A stretch of DNA of 64,000 nucleotides. Origin: the human T2T-CHM13v2.0 reference genome, Homo sapiens. Under the pieces are notes generated by a model. It saw only the letters and a list, made by a program, of their open reading frames with translations, was not told the origin of the DNA and searched no databases. The stretch lies in the NCBI RefSeq assembly GCF_009914755.1, contig NC_060928.1. The stretch is one strand, 5' to 3'. A program made the translations under genes and the position numbers. Positions 29,575-44,499 of this stretch are shown piece by piece (position 1 is the first letter of the stretch; the number at the start of each line of letters is the position of its first letter).

Positions 29575-30685
29575 ATAAAAACTCGCAACAAACTAATTAT
29601 AGAAGGAGTTTGGCTCAACATGATAAAATCCAGTGAAAAACTGACAGTTTTTCTCTATGTTCAGGAACAAGACAAAGATGCCTATTCTTACCACTTCTGT
29701 TGAATATAGATTTGGAAGTTCTAGTCATAGCAATTGGGCAAAAATTAATTAATTAATGTAAAATAAAATAACATCTAAATCAGAAAAAGGAGTCAATTTT
29801 ACTCTGCAGATTACATGATCATATGTATAGAAAACCCTAAAAGCTCCACCTAAAAACTTTTAAAACTAAGAACTGAATTCAGTAAAGTTGCTGGATACAA
29901 AATCAACATACAAAAGTCCATTGTGTTTCTATACACCAACAGCCAAATGAGAATTAATAATCTCATTTACAGTAGCACCAAAAAACATTTAGGAATAAAC
30001 TTAACTAAGGAGCTAAAAGATCTGCACACTGAAAACTATAAAACATTGATGGAAAAATGGAAGAGGTACAAATAAATAGAAGATATCCTGTGTTTATGAA
30101 CTGGAAAAACTGATATTGTTAAAATGCTCACACTACTCAAAGCTATATATAGAGTCAATGCAATGCCTATCAATATTATAATGACTTTTTTAACATAAAT
30201 AAAGCAATTCTAAAATTCATATAGAACCAGAAAGGACTCCAAATAGCCAAAGCAGTCTTGGAAAAGAACAAAGGTGGAAGAATCAAATGCCCTGATTTCA
30301 AAATATATTACAAAGAGCCACTAATTAAAGCATTATGACACTGGTATTAAGACAAACATATAGGCTAGTGGAACAGATAGAGTGCCCATAAGTAAACACA
30401 TGCAAATATGATCAAACTGATCTTCAACAAGGGTGCCATTAACACACAATATGAAAAAGACAATTTCTTCAACAAACGGTGCTGGGAAAATTCAGTATCT
30501 CCAAGCATAACAATGAACTTCAACCCTATTTTACACCATACACAAAACAAGTCAACCTAACATTGATTAAATATTTGAACCTAAGACTAGAAAGTATAAA
30601 ACTGTTGGGTAAACACTTCCTGACATTGGTCTTGGCAGTGATTTCTTGTATATGACACCAAAAGCATAAGCAACAAAAGAAAAAG
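29575..30685 (+). mobile_element. L1M (L1MB/MA-like) ORF2 fragment
   Basis: 'tcaggaacaagacaaagatgcc', 'tcagtaaagttgctggatacaaaatcaacatacaaaa'; ends at 'aaaagcataagcaacaaaagaaaaa'. Confidence 0.8.
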
Positions 30686-31712
30686 TATTTTTATACACCT
30701 GTTGGTCCTGTTTGTCCTCTTTAAAAAGATTTCTAATCAAGTCTTTTGCCTATTTTAAAATTAGATTATTAGTATTATTATTGCTGTTGAGTAGTCTGAG
30801 TTTCTTATGTATTCTAGATATTAATCTCTTGTCAGATAAATATTTTGTAAATATTTTCTCCGATTCTGTGGGTTGTCTCTTCACTATTGTTTTCTTTCCT
30901 GTGCCAAAACTTTAGCGTTTGATGTAGTCCATTTGTCTATTTTTGCTTTGGTTGCCTGTGTTTTTTAAGGTCTTCTTCATAAAATATTTGCCTATACCAG
31001 TATCCTAAAGCATTTCCCATATGTGGCTTCATAGTTTTGAGTCTGTGTTTTTGAGTCTATGGTTTCTGATCTAGTGGTTTCATGGTTTCATGTCTCACAT
31101 TAAAGTCTTTAATTCACTTTAAGTTGATTTTTGTATAATAGTGGAAGATAGAAGTCTGGTTCCATTTTTTTTGGCATATGAATATCCAATTTTCTAAGTA
31201 AAATTTATTAAAGATACTGTCCTTTCTACAATGAATGTTCTTGGCATCTTTGTTGAAGATCGGTAGGCTATAAATATGTGGATTTATTTATTGGTTCTCT
31301 ATTCCATTCCATTGGTCTATGTGTCTGTTCATATGCCAGTAGCAGGAGGTTTTGGTTAGTACACTTCTGTAGTATATTTTGAAGTCAGGTAGTAGTGTAA
31401 TGCCCTCAGTTTTGTTCATTTTGCTTGTGACAGCTTTGATTATTTGGGGTCTTTTGTGATTTCATATAAATTTTAGAAATTTTTTCTTTTGCTATTTCTA
31501 TGCAGAATGTCATTTATATTTTGGCAGGGATTGCATTGCATCTGTAGATCCCTTTTGGTAGTATGGTCATTTTCCAGTATTAATTCTTTCAATTTATGAA
31601 CATGAGATGTCTTTCCACTTTATTGTATCTTCTTTGATTTCTTTCATCAGTGTTTCATAGTTTTCCTTGTAGAGATATTTTACCTTCTCAAATTTATTTT
31701 TAGGTATTTTTA
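30686..31712 (-). mobile_element. Second L1M (L1MA-like) ORF2 fragment, opposite orientation
   Basis: 'atacacctgttgg', 'tattccattccattggtctatgtgtctg' and 'tttccttgtagagat'. Confidence 0.8.
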
Positions 31713-31739
31713 AATTAATATTTACAAGTTTTACTTTAT

Positions 31740-32330
31740 TATATAGTCGAGCACTCTCATTCGTAGGACTTTTTCCAATATAAATGAAGAGCTATTTTAA
31801 CACAAAGACGTTTATGTGAAACTCAGAGCAGCATTATTTATATTTGTCAAGAACTAAAAATAATGTGATAAGTCATCAGATCGTGAATGGATAAATAAAT
31901 TGGCTATATGCAAATTATGGGATGTGTTTCAGATAGTGAATGGATTAAGAAATTGGCTATATGCAAATTATGGAATGTGTTTCAGCAATATGAAGAAATG
32001 AGCTATCAATACATCAACAACATGGCCGAGTTATAACAATATTGTAACAAGAAAAATAAGTGAAATGCATAAGACTATATATAAATGTTTATTCCATTTA
32101 TAAAAAAGTATTAAGAGGCAAAGCTATTAGTTACAGATAGCAAATAAATGGTTACTTCCAAAAAGGTTGGGAAAAAGGTATTTGACAGCAAATCATCAGT
32201 GGCAAAATTTTATCTCATTAAGGTGGAAGCTATGTAATTTTAAACGATTTTTAAAACTTACCAAATAATACTCTTAAATTGAGTAAATCCTATTTTTTGT
32301 AAATTTTACCTTAATAAGTTTTGGAAAATA
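31740..32330 (+). mobile_element. L1ME/MC-type 3' end carrying a 53-bp tandem duplication
   Basis: 'gcagcattatttata', 'gtgaatggataaataaattgg' and 'attccatttataaaaa'. Confidence 0.6.
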
Positions 32331-33402
32331 AATATCAATTTTGAACCAAAATGGAAGTGTTAATTAAATATATGTATTGATTCTGCCAATAAAAATTTTA
32401 TCTCTGGACAATAACTTTTCTAGAGGAAAGAAACCTATTAGTTTCACATATAAATGGTTAAGTGTTAACTATGATTATTTTGGCAGATTCTTATAAATCA
32501 TATTTTGCTTTTACACTTAAAAAAATTCCAGTGTTTAGCTGTGGTTAAGTGGATATTTTTACTTTAGTGAAAGATATCAGAGAGCACATTTGCACCTGTC
32601 AGATTTGTATTATTAGCTCACTAATTAGGAAAAAGCCTAATAGTGAGAAAATAATTTATTATTTTATTATCTCAAATCCTGTAACATTGGTAACCTCTGA
32701 AAACTCTGAGAAACTCTGTGACTCCTTGTTCTTAACTTCTGAATGAACCAATCAATTGGATTACCCAGAATATGAAGGAGACTTATTCACTGAGAATAAG
32801 AGGTGATATTTTTGTGTTTCTTGTTTCTAAAGTTTCTCATGTATTCTGTAACTGATTATAAGTAAGTATCTTCATCATGGATACCTGCTACAGATATCTA
32901 TCTCCTTAAAATTTCCTAGTCTCATCCATATACTTCAATGACAAAGAATAAGGAAGAATTTCTTTCATGAGCTCTTTTTGGTACATTGCTATTATAGATA
33001 GGTTTTAAGGTCAAATATTACTACCATAATTAGTAATATCACTTAATTATTCAGAAATTGAAGGAGTTATGTGGAAACAATAATTTAAACTACATAACAA
33101 CCTGGAAATTTCTTGCATTTGTTTTATAATAGGTAATGTATCTTTTAAACATACATACAAATGTGGAAATTAGCAAGAGGTGAAAAAGTTGCTAAGTTTT
33201 GTGGGCGTATGTCAGATTTTAATTCTTCTAGCTCTCCCATATCATTTGGGTTGGGCAAAGTTTCTCTCTCTTAAGCCTGTCAAGTTGAGAGATTCTTCAA
33301 ATACTAAAAAAAAGTTTCCATATAAGTAAAATTAGAGTAGCTAAAGTTTGTAAGCCATCAATACAATCTGTATTTAATTATAGAAGGGCTGTATATCCTA
33401 TT

Positions 33403-33737
33403 GTTTTTATTTTACTTATTTTATTATTATTATTATTTTTTGAGACAGAGAGCCTCACTATGTCACCCAGGCTGGAGTGCAGTGGTGTGATCTCGGCTCA
33501 CTGCAACCTCCGCTTCCTGGGTTCAAATGATTCTCCTGTCTCAGCCTCCGTGAGTAGTTGGGATTACAGGTATGTGCCACCATGCCTGGCTAATTTTTTT
33601 TTTTTTTTTGTATTTTTAGTAGAGAGAGGGTTTCACCATGTTGGCCAAGCTGGTCTCAAACACCTGACTTCAGGTGATCCTCCCACCTCGGTCTCACAAA
33701 GTACTGGGATTACAGGAGTGAGCCACTGTGCCCGGCC
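33403..33737 (-). mobile_element. AluSx/Sz
   Basis: Full reverse dimer; flanks cctattgttttt / cctattatgttttt. Confidence 0.92.
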
Positions 33738-35494
33738 CCTATTATGTTTTTATGTTGAAAAGAAATCTCGAATACCAAAGTAATTGCTTACGAAACGATA
33801 AAATTTTACTTTGCAATATTCATGATGAAGTCCCCAAATAACATTATGGTTTACCTTCCATTTGAAAATATTAAGCTAAATTTGCAAAACCTTACAGTTA
33901 TACATCAATTATGGTGACCTGAGTTACGTATCTTATGTTGTAGCTATATCTACATATTTTGGTTATCACAAGTATTGACCCAGACCTGGGAAAAACCCAA
34001 TAGAGTTAATGACAACTGGCAGTTGCCCCCCTTTGCTTTCAGGGTACTTCATTTATTTCTTGCAATCTCATTCTTCTCATTTCTACCACATTGTTTCATT
34101 AGAAGAAAGAGGAAGGATTTTTTTATGAGGTTATTTATGAATGAATGAAATAGAGAATTTACTGTGAAATGTAGTAAAAATTGCAACTCATAATGTCTAC
34201 ATCTAGATTATGGCCAAAGGTTATTTCCACTAGATTCAATTACCTAGTTACTTAACTGAGATTCTTCTGTATTTTGTAAGTCACAATGAAATTGCTTTAA
34301 GAGTCAGTGATATCAATGCAATTCTAACGTTTGATGCTTAGTTCAAACACACCCACATAAACACCCCCAAAACAAAATGCCTCTTGTTAATCAAACATCA
34401 CAGCTCGAAAGATGCTCTATTATTAAAACAACAGTTTATTTGTTTTCTATAAATAATGCCCAATAATTATTATGTTTGATGGTTTACGGGATGAGCTCAA
34501 ATGATTTAAATATGCCTTTCTACTAAAAATTTTAGGATAACAGAAAAATTCCTTTCACCCTGTGAAATAAGCAATAAGAAGAGATAAAATGTTTAGACAT
34601 GTTGTACTTTGTAATATCTCCGCAAATAAAGGGAGAATAGCAGAATTAAATTTTCATAATTAATAAAGATGTTATCGTTCGTATTCATTTTTTCAATTGT
34701 TATTAACCCCTAGAAAATACACAAGGAGTATGAGATACAATCATGTGTATCATGCAGTAATAAGCACCATCTGGAAATATTCAGAACACAAAAATATAGT
34801 TATCTGCATACTGTTGATTCACTGTGTCTGACTCAGTTAATTTCAGAAGTATTTATATAAGCCAACTCAGACAACACATGCACTATGACTGAAAGATAAT
34901 TTTAAAATCAAATTTTCAAATGTATATTTCACAAATCATTTTGTTAAACAAGTGTCCTATTATTCCTTACTTGATGCTTTACCTAATTCTTATACTTATT
35001 CGAAAAAGTTCAATGACATAATAAGAATAACTCCAGATAAATTAAGCAAATATAGTATAACTTATTTTATCTTAAATGTATTTACTGATAAAAAGGATTT
35101 GGTGTATTTTAAGCATTTCAAAAGCAATCAGATTACAATAAAATAAAAATTCCTAGCATCTTAAAATTTTATGCCATACTGTCATTTATGGAGACATGGA
35201 TTTATTACTTTGACTTTTTAATTTCTGACACTTTTCTAAAATTAACATTTTAATGACAAATTGTGATTGTCAATGTCAGCATTTTAAAACTGTCATTGAC
35301 AAGAAATTATTCCAACCATAGCAGTTTTATAAGAGGACAGTGTTTTTGAATTAGTCAGAAAATTAATTAAGAAAATAATTGTGGTAGTGGCTCATTCATT
35401 CTGCAGTACATTATGTTAAATCAAAGTTGCTTTTATAAAAAGTGTTTCCCAGGGCTAAAAAACTTAAATGTATATTTTAAATGAAATTATTTTA

Positions 35495-35700
35495 ATAATA
35501 ATAGCAACTACTGTTATATTGATTGCCGCATTCCATATATTATTATACTGTTGTAATTGTTTTTTACTTAATCTATACAGCAGCCCTATGTCATAGCTAC
35601 TGTAATTGTTCCATTTTAGTGGTATGAATGCTGAGGTACAAGAACGTAATTTGCATTTTGCCCAAGAACACATGGTGCAACTTAGACCAAATCTAAGTGG
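35495..35700 (-). mobile_element. MIR
   Basis: 'cagcagccctatg...ccattttag...ctgaggtaca...ttgcccaagaacaca'. Confidence 0.6.
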
Positions 35701-36339
35701 TCCACTTTACGGACTTCCTTAAAAGAATGATGATGTACTTCCTCCCTTAAGACTGAAATATTAACTTTAATAGCAAACGGTATAGCTGTGCGTATAGCAT
35801 CATGGCACTGAGGAAATTGCACTTGCAGAATAAACTCTCCTTGAGCCATCACAGGTCTAACAAATGAAGGAGAGGTCACCAAAACTGTACCCCTTCCTAA
35901 AATATGTGCTGAAACTACTGCAGTGGGAGCCAAGTTTAATTCAGAAGACTTGCCTTGAGGTGAGCTGCCAAGGCAGTACTGCTGTGGGGACAGAGCCTAG
36001 GGGCCAGCAGCAAGGTGAAGAATTTCATGCTGGCACATCTACCTGAATTCAACAAACTCAAATAGGGCAAAGAGGCTCTTGGCAGGAGCACAAGGGGCAT
36101 GTCTGAGGTGTTATTTTCTTATTTCATTGCCTGTGTGGCAATTACATAGCGTACTAAATTTAGGATCCTTCATTATATTGAATGCCTCTGAAATACACAT
36201 TTTATCCCTGTATGCTTTATTCCACTAAAAAAGGAGGAAGAAAGAGAGGGAAGGGGGAAAGAAGGAAGGAAGGGCAATATCTACAATGACACGCACACAC
36301 ACAAACACAGTTTAAAAAGTAAAGGTGTGGCGTCTTTGA

Positions 36340-37830
36340 AGACAAAATATACAATACTTTAAAAGAACCATCAAGAAACAGTGAGAGAAAGAGAAAGTGG
36401 CACACCCTTAACAGCTTAGTAGGACTAAAAGCATGCTACAGTCAGATGTTATTTAAGAGAGTAAAGTATTACAAGCAACTGTATACCAATATTTTTTAAA
36501 AATCTATGCAAGATTGTCAAGTCCTAAATAAACCAAATTAAAAACGTGACTCAAGAAAAATCAGAAAAATGAATGAATTCATAAATATTTAAATTTTTGT
36601 ACAGAGAAATGATCTATTTCTAAAATGGTAGCCTAAAATTAGAAAACTGGAATTTTAAATAAGACCCATTCACAGTACCAATAGATTTAAGTTATTGAGA
36701 ATAAATTTGACAAAATATGTGTAAGATTTCTGTGCAGAAATTGGTAACATTTTATTGAAAACATTAAGTAAGACAAATAATTTGAGAGCTATCTTGTGTT
36801 CATTCAATAAAGACATTTCTGTCTTTATTGTATAGGGATCTATTATTTTCAAACTAGCCTATAGACTTATTATGATTTCAAATAAATGTTCAATAGGTTG
36901 TATGAGAAATGTGGCAAGCTGAAACTCAAACAGGAAATGGAAGAACAAATGACAAAAAATAGCCAAAGTTTACGGAATAAATAAGAATGGTTAATAATAT
37001 ACAAAAGTATCCTGAATAAATAAGAATTATAAATAAATAATTCCAGCATGTCACTCAAATTCTTATTTTTTAAAAATAGATCGATACATTTCACAACAAA
37101 ATTAAAAACATATGTTAATTTGAAAAATACCATAACAAAAGTGAAAAGACAAGCTCCTTGGAGGAAGATAATAGGAATACAGAAAGTTGAACATAGATTA
37201 ATATACAGATTAATCTTTTAAAACTTTTAAAATAACAAAAACAGAGAATGAGATAAGATGTGCAGAAATTTTTCAGAAGACTAAGTACCTAACCCAATAT
37301 ATACAGAAAATTATGCTTGTTACAGGAGCAGGAAAATAAAAATTAATAACAAAATGAGAACTACATTTTACTTATTGATTGGCAAAAATGTTAGACAGGA
37401 TATGGATTAAAGGGGGCCACAATATATTTCTTATGACAGTGTACATTAATTAACCAACACTGGAAAACCATTTGGTGTTGTCTCAGATAAAACAAAACTT
37501 CTCTAGTGAACTAGCATTTCCATTTCTCACTATAACCTCTGGAAAAACTCTTGAATTTGTGTGCCCAAAGATATGTACAAGAATGTACATAGTAGTTTTG
37601 TTTGTTTTAATTTTTAAAAATGTATACATACACAAATTCTATCTGCATGACAAATGGATAAATTGTGATAAAATTACCATGATATGTAGCAGAGCAAATG
37701 AAAGAATTATGTCTAGAACCAATAACATGGATGGATTTTAAAAATTAGAATGTTGGAAGTTCTAGGAGACTACCTATATAATTACATCATTCTTATAAAA
37801 CTCAAAAATAAACCAAATAATTAGTTTTAT
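36340..37830 (+). mobile_element. Highly degenerate L1ME fragments
   Basis: 'gagaataaatttgacaaaatatgtgtaaga', 'ctggaaaaccatttgg' and 'gatatgtacaagaatgtacatagtag'. Confidence 0.6.
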
Positions 37831-38769
37831 AACTTGCATGTTTTACATATAATCATTTTGTATTAAACATTTAAAAATATAATACTAACACATAATTGTT
37901 AATTTTTTTGTGTTTTTAAATATTACGGGTAAGTAATCCAAATGTATTTTATTTAAATGTTTTAAAAGTGCTCATTTCAAACATTACCACTCTCTCTTAA
38001 AACTGTCTACCCCAAGTTCCCATTTCAGCTGACATATTTAGATCCTATTCTCTAAAGTAAATTTGCTCATTTTCCCTTTAAAGTAGTAATTAAAGTATAT
38101 CCTTTTGACTGAATAAGACGTTTTTGTTGGCACTTTGTGCTTTAACAAAAAGCATATTTAAATTCTTTGCAAACTAAAATATAATAATGTTTTATTTCAT
38201 TTAATTTTCAAAACAAATTTTTAAGGTAGATATATTGATTATTGAAAACTAATGTGTATTTAAATAAAAATAAAACAACTTGATTAAAGCAAAAAAAGAA
38301 GAGAAAAATAAATCTATTGTTTCAGTTGTTTTTTCTCTGTGCTGACATCACTGTAAGGTAAGCTTATCCATATGGCATGCAAGATGTCCTTAAGCAGATC
38401 CAAAATTACATGGTCTTTGCATTTGGGGTTGTAAAAATAAAGATTTTTTTAAAAGATTTGCATGTTTCTTGCAATTTGCACACTCATGGTTGGAACAGTT
38501 TTCCTTAATATTTAGTAGGCTCCATTTGCAAAAACTACATTTTTTTAATTTGTTTTTGGCTGTAGATTGGATAAAGATGTATGTGAAATGAGGAAATCTG
38601 TTCAATGGTGTCTGGTTTATGAGAGGCCTGCATGTTTCTAGCCAAGGAGGAGTGAGTGGTATCCTCATAGCTAATCTCAGAAAAGAGATACCTTTGCTCT
38701 GTCAGCATGGGTACATCAAACCTCATCAAAGTCTTCAGCCCCAGCAGGACATTGCTGAATCATAAAGAG

Positions 38770-40690
<1,921 letters not shown>

Positions 40691-40836
40691 TAGAATCCCA
40701 CGCAAGCATTTATTCATCATAGTAATTGTGATTTCCATAGCAGAATGAATATTTCTTACTATACCTTTGCATTTGTCTTCTGTATGTGTGCATTCATATA
40801 GAATACTTATTGCCAATGAATTATAAACTCTTAATA

Positions 40837-40919
40837 AACTGTGAGTCAATTAAACTTTTCTTTATAAATTACCCAGTCTCAGGTATGTCTTTATAGTAGT
40901 GTGAAAATGGACTAACACA
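40837..40919 (+). mobile_element. 3' end of a THE1D/MSTA-type LTR (half of a broken LTR)
   Basis: 'aactgtgagtcaattaaac...ataaattacccagtctcagg...ggactaacaca'. Confidence 0.88.
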
Positions 40920-41510
40920 CTCATCCTCCTCTTGATCTTCTTTCTTATTTATCCACCTTCTGCTGCTTCTCCTCTTTTCCTCCTCTTTGCCTGGGCACCA
41001 TCATCTACTAAGTTATTCAAAGTTAAAATCTTCTCATTTTATTTGAATTTACATGCTCATTTGACTAATATTCATCACTTAAGGTGTGTATTTCTGTTAA
41101 GAGGCCAGCATCTTTATAACTAGCTTAAATTCAATACTCTGGATGTGAAATTTTAAAGAAAAGCTCATAGCATTTATTTTTGGAATATTAAATAAAGATT
41201 ATATAAATGTATGGATTCATCTGATTCATATCTTAGATTCTCCACCAACAAACAAAACAGCAAACAAGAACAGGCATTCATATTAAACAATGGCTTAGTT
41301 ACCAGACTGTTAAATTCCCTATTCTTTCCCTTTTAAATAATTTTATTCGGATAACTTCTTTGTGCTTTTTTACTGGTTTTTCTTCCATACTAAACATTTC
41401 TACTCTAGTTTTGAAAATCTAGGTATGTCATAAATAAATGTAAAAAAATCATCAACATCTTAGATACTGAGAATACAAAGCCACTGTAACTTTTATTAAG
41501 AGTTTATAAT

Positions 41511-41591
41511 TCCCACCAAGTATCTCCCTAAACACCTAGGGATTACAATTTGAGCTGAGATTTGGGCAGGGACACAAAGCTAACCATATCA
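41511..41591 (-). mobile_element. 5' end of the same THE1D/MSTA-type LTR
   Basis: 'tcccacc...gggattacaatttgagctgagatttgggcagggacaca...accatatca'. Confidence 0.88.
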
Positions 41592-41969
41592 GTGAGAAAC
41601 AGGAGGAGAAGGAGAACAATAGGGAGGAGGAAGAGAAAGAGCTTCCAATGAGACTACTGAAGTTGACTTTGAAGTAGAATGTGTGAACAGTATAGACTAT
41701 TGAAAACACAGGAAGCTGTCCAAAAAAATTGTTCCTAAGAATTTATATTTGAAAATCACTTGTTGAAAATGATTATTGACATCAAAAGGCAATAATAGAG
41801 CACTGAGGTATTTAATAGGTATTATCTTTTACTTCCATTAAAAACAAGGTACATGATGGCAGATTTTCAAATTCTCTTTGGAAGTAATTCCAGTATATAC
41901 TTTTTTGTAATATTTCTAAATATTATTAGATATAAATGAAGAAAATTATATGCACACAATGTCATAATT

Positions 41970-42170
41970 ATAATAACATATTTTATTAATAGCTATACTA
42001 TGTGTTGAACACTGTGCTCACGATTTTCCATGTTTTACTCTATTTATTATTACAAGTCACAACAATCCTATAAGACTTATAGGCATAGTTAAATTAACTA
42101 AATTTCCATTGATATGAAGCTAGGAAGTGGTGAGGTGACAATTTGAACTTGAGTACATTTACTATAGAGC
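41970..42170 (-). mobile_element. MIR
   Basis: 'tactatgtgttgaacactgtgct...cacaacaatcctataag...agctaggaagtggtgag...atttgaac'. Confidence 0.55.
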
Positions 42171-42725
42171 TGCTGAAGTAATGTCATGGACAAAGAAATG
42201 CCACTTTTGGACTCCCATCTCCTTCATTCAGGTACACTGCTCTCACTGTACTTTGATACCATGAATGTAATAGAAAAAGCAATGATACACAGTTCTACAT
42301 ACTAAGTACCTGGGAGAAGGAATCCTTGGAGATACAGAACATATTTAATTCAAATAAATGACAGGAACTATCATAGAAGAAAATAATTCAACAAGTAGTA
42401 AAACAAATGGTTTTATGTTTTATTGAGTAAGATCCTCAGGAGGCACAGAATGAATTCCAAAAAGCTTTTATTAAAAGCCGTATTTACTGGATCTGGTATT
42501 TGTACCAAAGGGTAAAACCTAGGGCTGCGTAGTTTGTAAAACTCAATAAATTTATTAATAAAATAGAATTTACACAGAGATAGTTTCATGTGCACTAATA
42601 TATTATGTATTTCTCATTTCCTATTGTTCTGTTGTTTATTGGCTAATCGACTTGGAACAAGATTCCAAGTGTTTGTCAGAAAGATATTAGATATAGAAAT
42701 AGAGAGGTATAGCAGCCCCCTACCC

Positions 42726-42776
42726 ATGTGCATGTGTGTGTGTGTTTGTGTATGTGTATGTGTGTGGGTGTGTGTA
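42726..42776. repeat. Imperfect (TG)n
   Basis: Directly visible. Confidence 0.85.
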
Positions 42777-42964
42777 TAGTATCTGTGACATAGATTATTT
42801 GTGGCAATTAGATTACACCATGCATAGACTACTTGTTATATCCCTTATCACACAGTAAAGTCATAATAAATATTATTGTTGTGATTGTTATTTTAAATTA
42901 TGCTTACGTTTGGCACTTTGCAATTTCTGATCTAAAAGCCTTTAATTCTGCAAACATCAAAAAG

Positions 42965-43150
42965 CCTTGGTTTGGGCCTGGGCTTCTTCACACACTGATG
43001 TTATGGCATGATTGGCAAAAGCATATATTTGCCCTAAGTCTCAGTTTACTCATTTCTAAATGGAGAAAAGTTGTTTTACCTGTCAGTATTATTGGAAATG
43101 TGTTTTAATCTAGAAATAGGTATAAAAGAATTAAACCAGCATCATTATTA
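42965..43150 (+). mobile_element. MIR
   Basis: 'ctaagtctcagtttactcatttctaaatggaga' is the MIR core. Confidence 0.6.
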
Positions 43151-44499
43151 TTTTGTCATCTTTATAATTTTCCCGGAAGTAGTTCCACTAAAAGTTAATT
43201 GGAGTGAAGCGTGTAATTGACTTTTGATGCGAAGCAGGTTGTTCTCTCTTCCAGTTGTCTAACACTTAAATCACAACTAGATATTCTCAGTAAAATGAAG
43301 ATGGGTTTTAAGTGGTATGGTGAGAATAAATGCCCTTTCTAGTTGTCTTAAAGATCATTTAATTTTTTAAAGATCTAAGAAGAAATGTGACTAGATATTG
43401 CATAGCCTTCTCCCTAGATCATCTCTAACAATATATTTCAGTAATGCTTGATTATTTGAGCTCCTATTACAAAAATGTGTATTGTAAAATGCTTTTCAAT
43501 ATCCTACCATCACAGGGATATGTAAAGTTTGCTTTTAGCTCTCTTACTTGTAGTTTTAGATGAGCAGCAGTGACTGTGCAAACGTGTGGGTAATAATGCT
43601 TGATGGTACTTACAATGTCATCACGTGCTAAAATGCTTCTGGTTCATGTACCACAAAATCACAGATGGGAAAAGTTGGTTAATCTCTATTGGTAATCAAG
43701 GTGAGAAAAATTTAGTCTCAACTGTGGGAAAAATATGCATTGGTATTTGTTGGATTTTGACAATTTTATTTGAATCAAAAATTAAATAACAGACTTGGAT
43801 TTAGAGGCCAAAAAAAATGAAGATGATCTTTTTCTGCCAATGCTTTTTTACCCTAGCTCTTCAAAATTTAAGAGAAGGATTAATATGAAAATAATATAGC
43901 AAAGTACTACAAAAAATTTCCTAAATTTTTTTTCTGTAACAAAAATAAGAATAAGCTCTATTGCACATATTTTCATTTAAGAAACTTTCTAAAAATTTAT
44001 TATGACTGGGTGAATTCTTCCATCATCTGTTAAATTATTAAACTTTTTTTATTAAAAGTTTTATAGTTTCTCCCAACATGCCAACCATCTGTACTTAAAA
44101 ACTGTTTGTCAGAATGTTACTAAGACAAAAACACAAACTTCGAAAAAAATTCAATGACATCTAAACAGCAAACTCCTATTTTTAGTATGACTGAATGAAA
44201 GCATCTTTGGTTGGGAAGAAATTTTAGCAATCTTAGGCATTTTTTGTTAGTTATTTTTAAATTGTATGTTTCAGTACATGGTAGCCAAACCCTTCATGAA
44301 GAGCTACTGAATTCTGATCAATAATTAAATATATTTTTGCTACCAGTGAATACATATTAATGTGGCTTTGTGTTATCAGGATTATTGAGATGAGGGGACT
44401 GTAGGACAAGCTACCGATAGGGTTCAACTAAGTACCTCATATAAGTAAGAGGTATGTGGACAAGAAAATATTAAGCTGGGTAGAAAATAACAAGGTGGT

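Noticed and set aside
38315-38365. Possible micro-exon 'tttcag|...gtaag|gtaagc', and similar splice-like motifs near 2620, 32793 and 37929
   Set aside because: Such motifs are expected by chance in 64 kb. There is no linked ORF or transcript evidence; RNA-seq would be needed.
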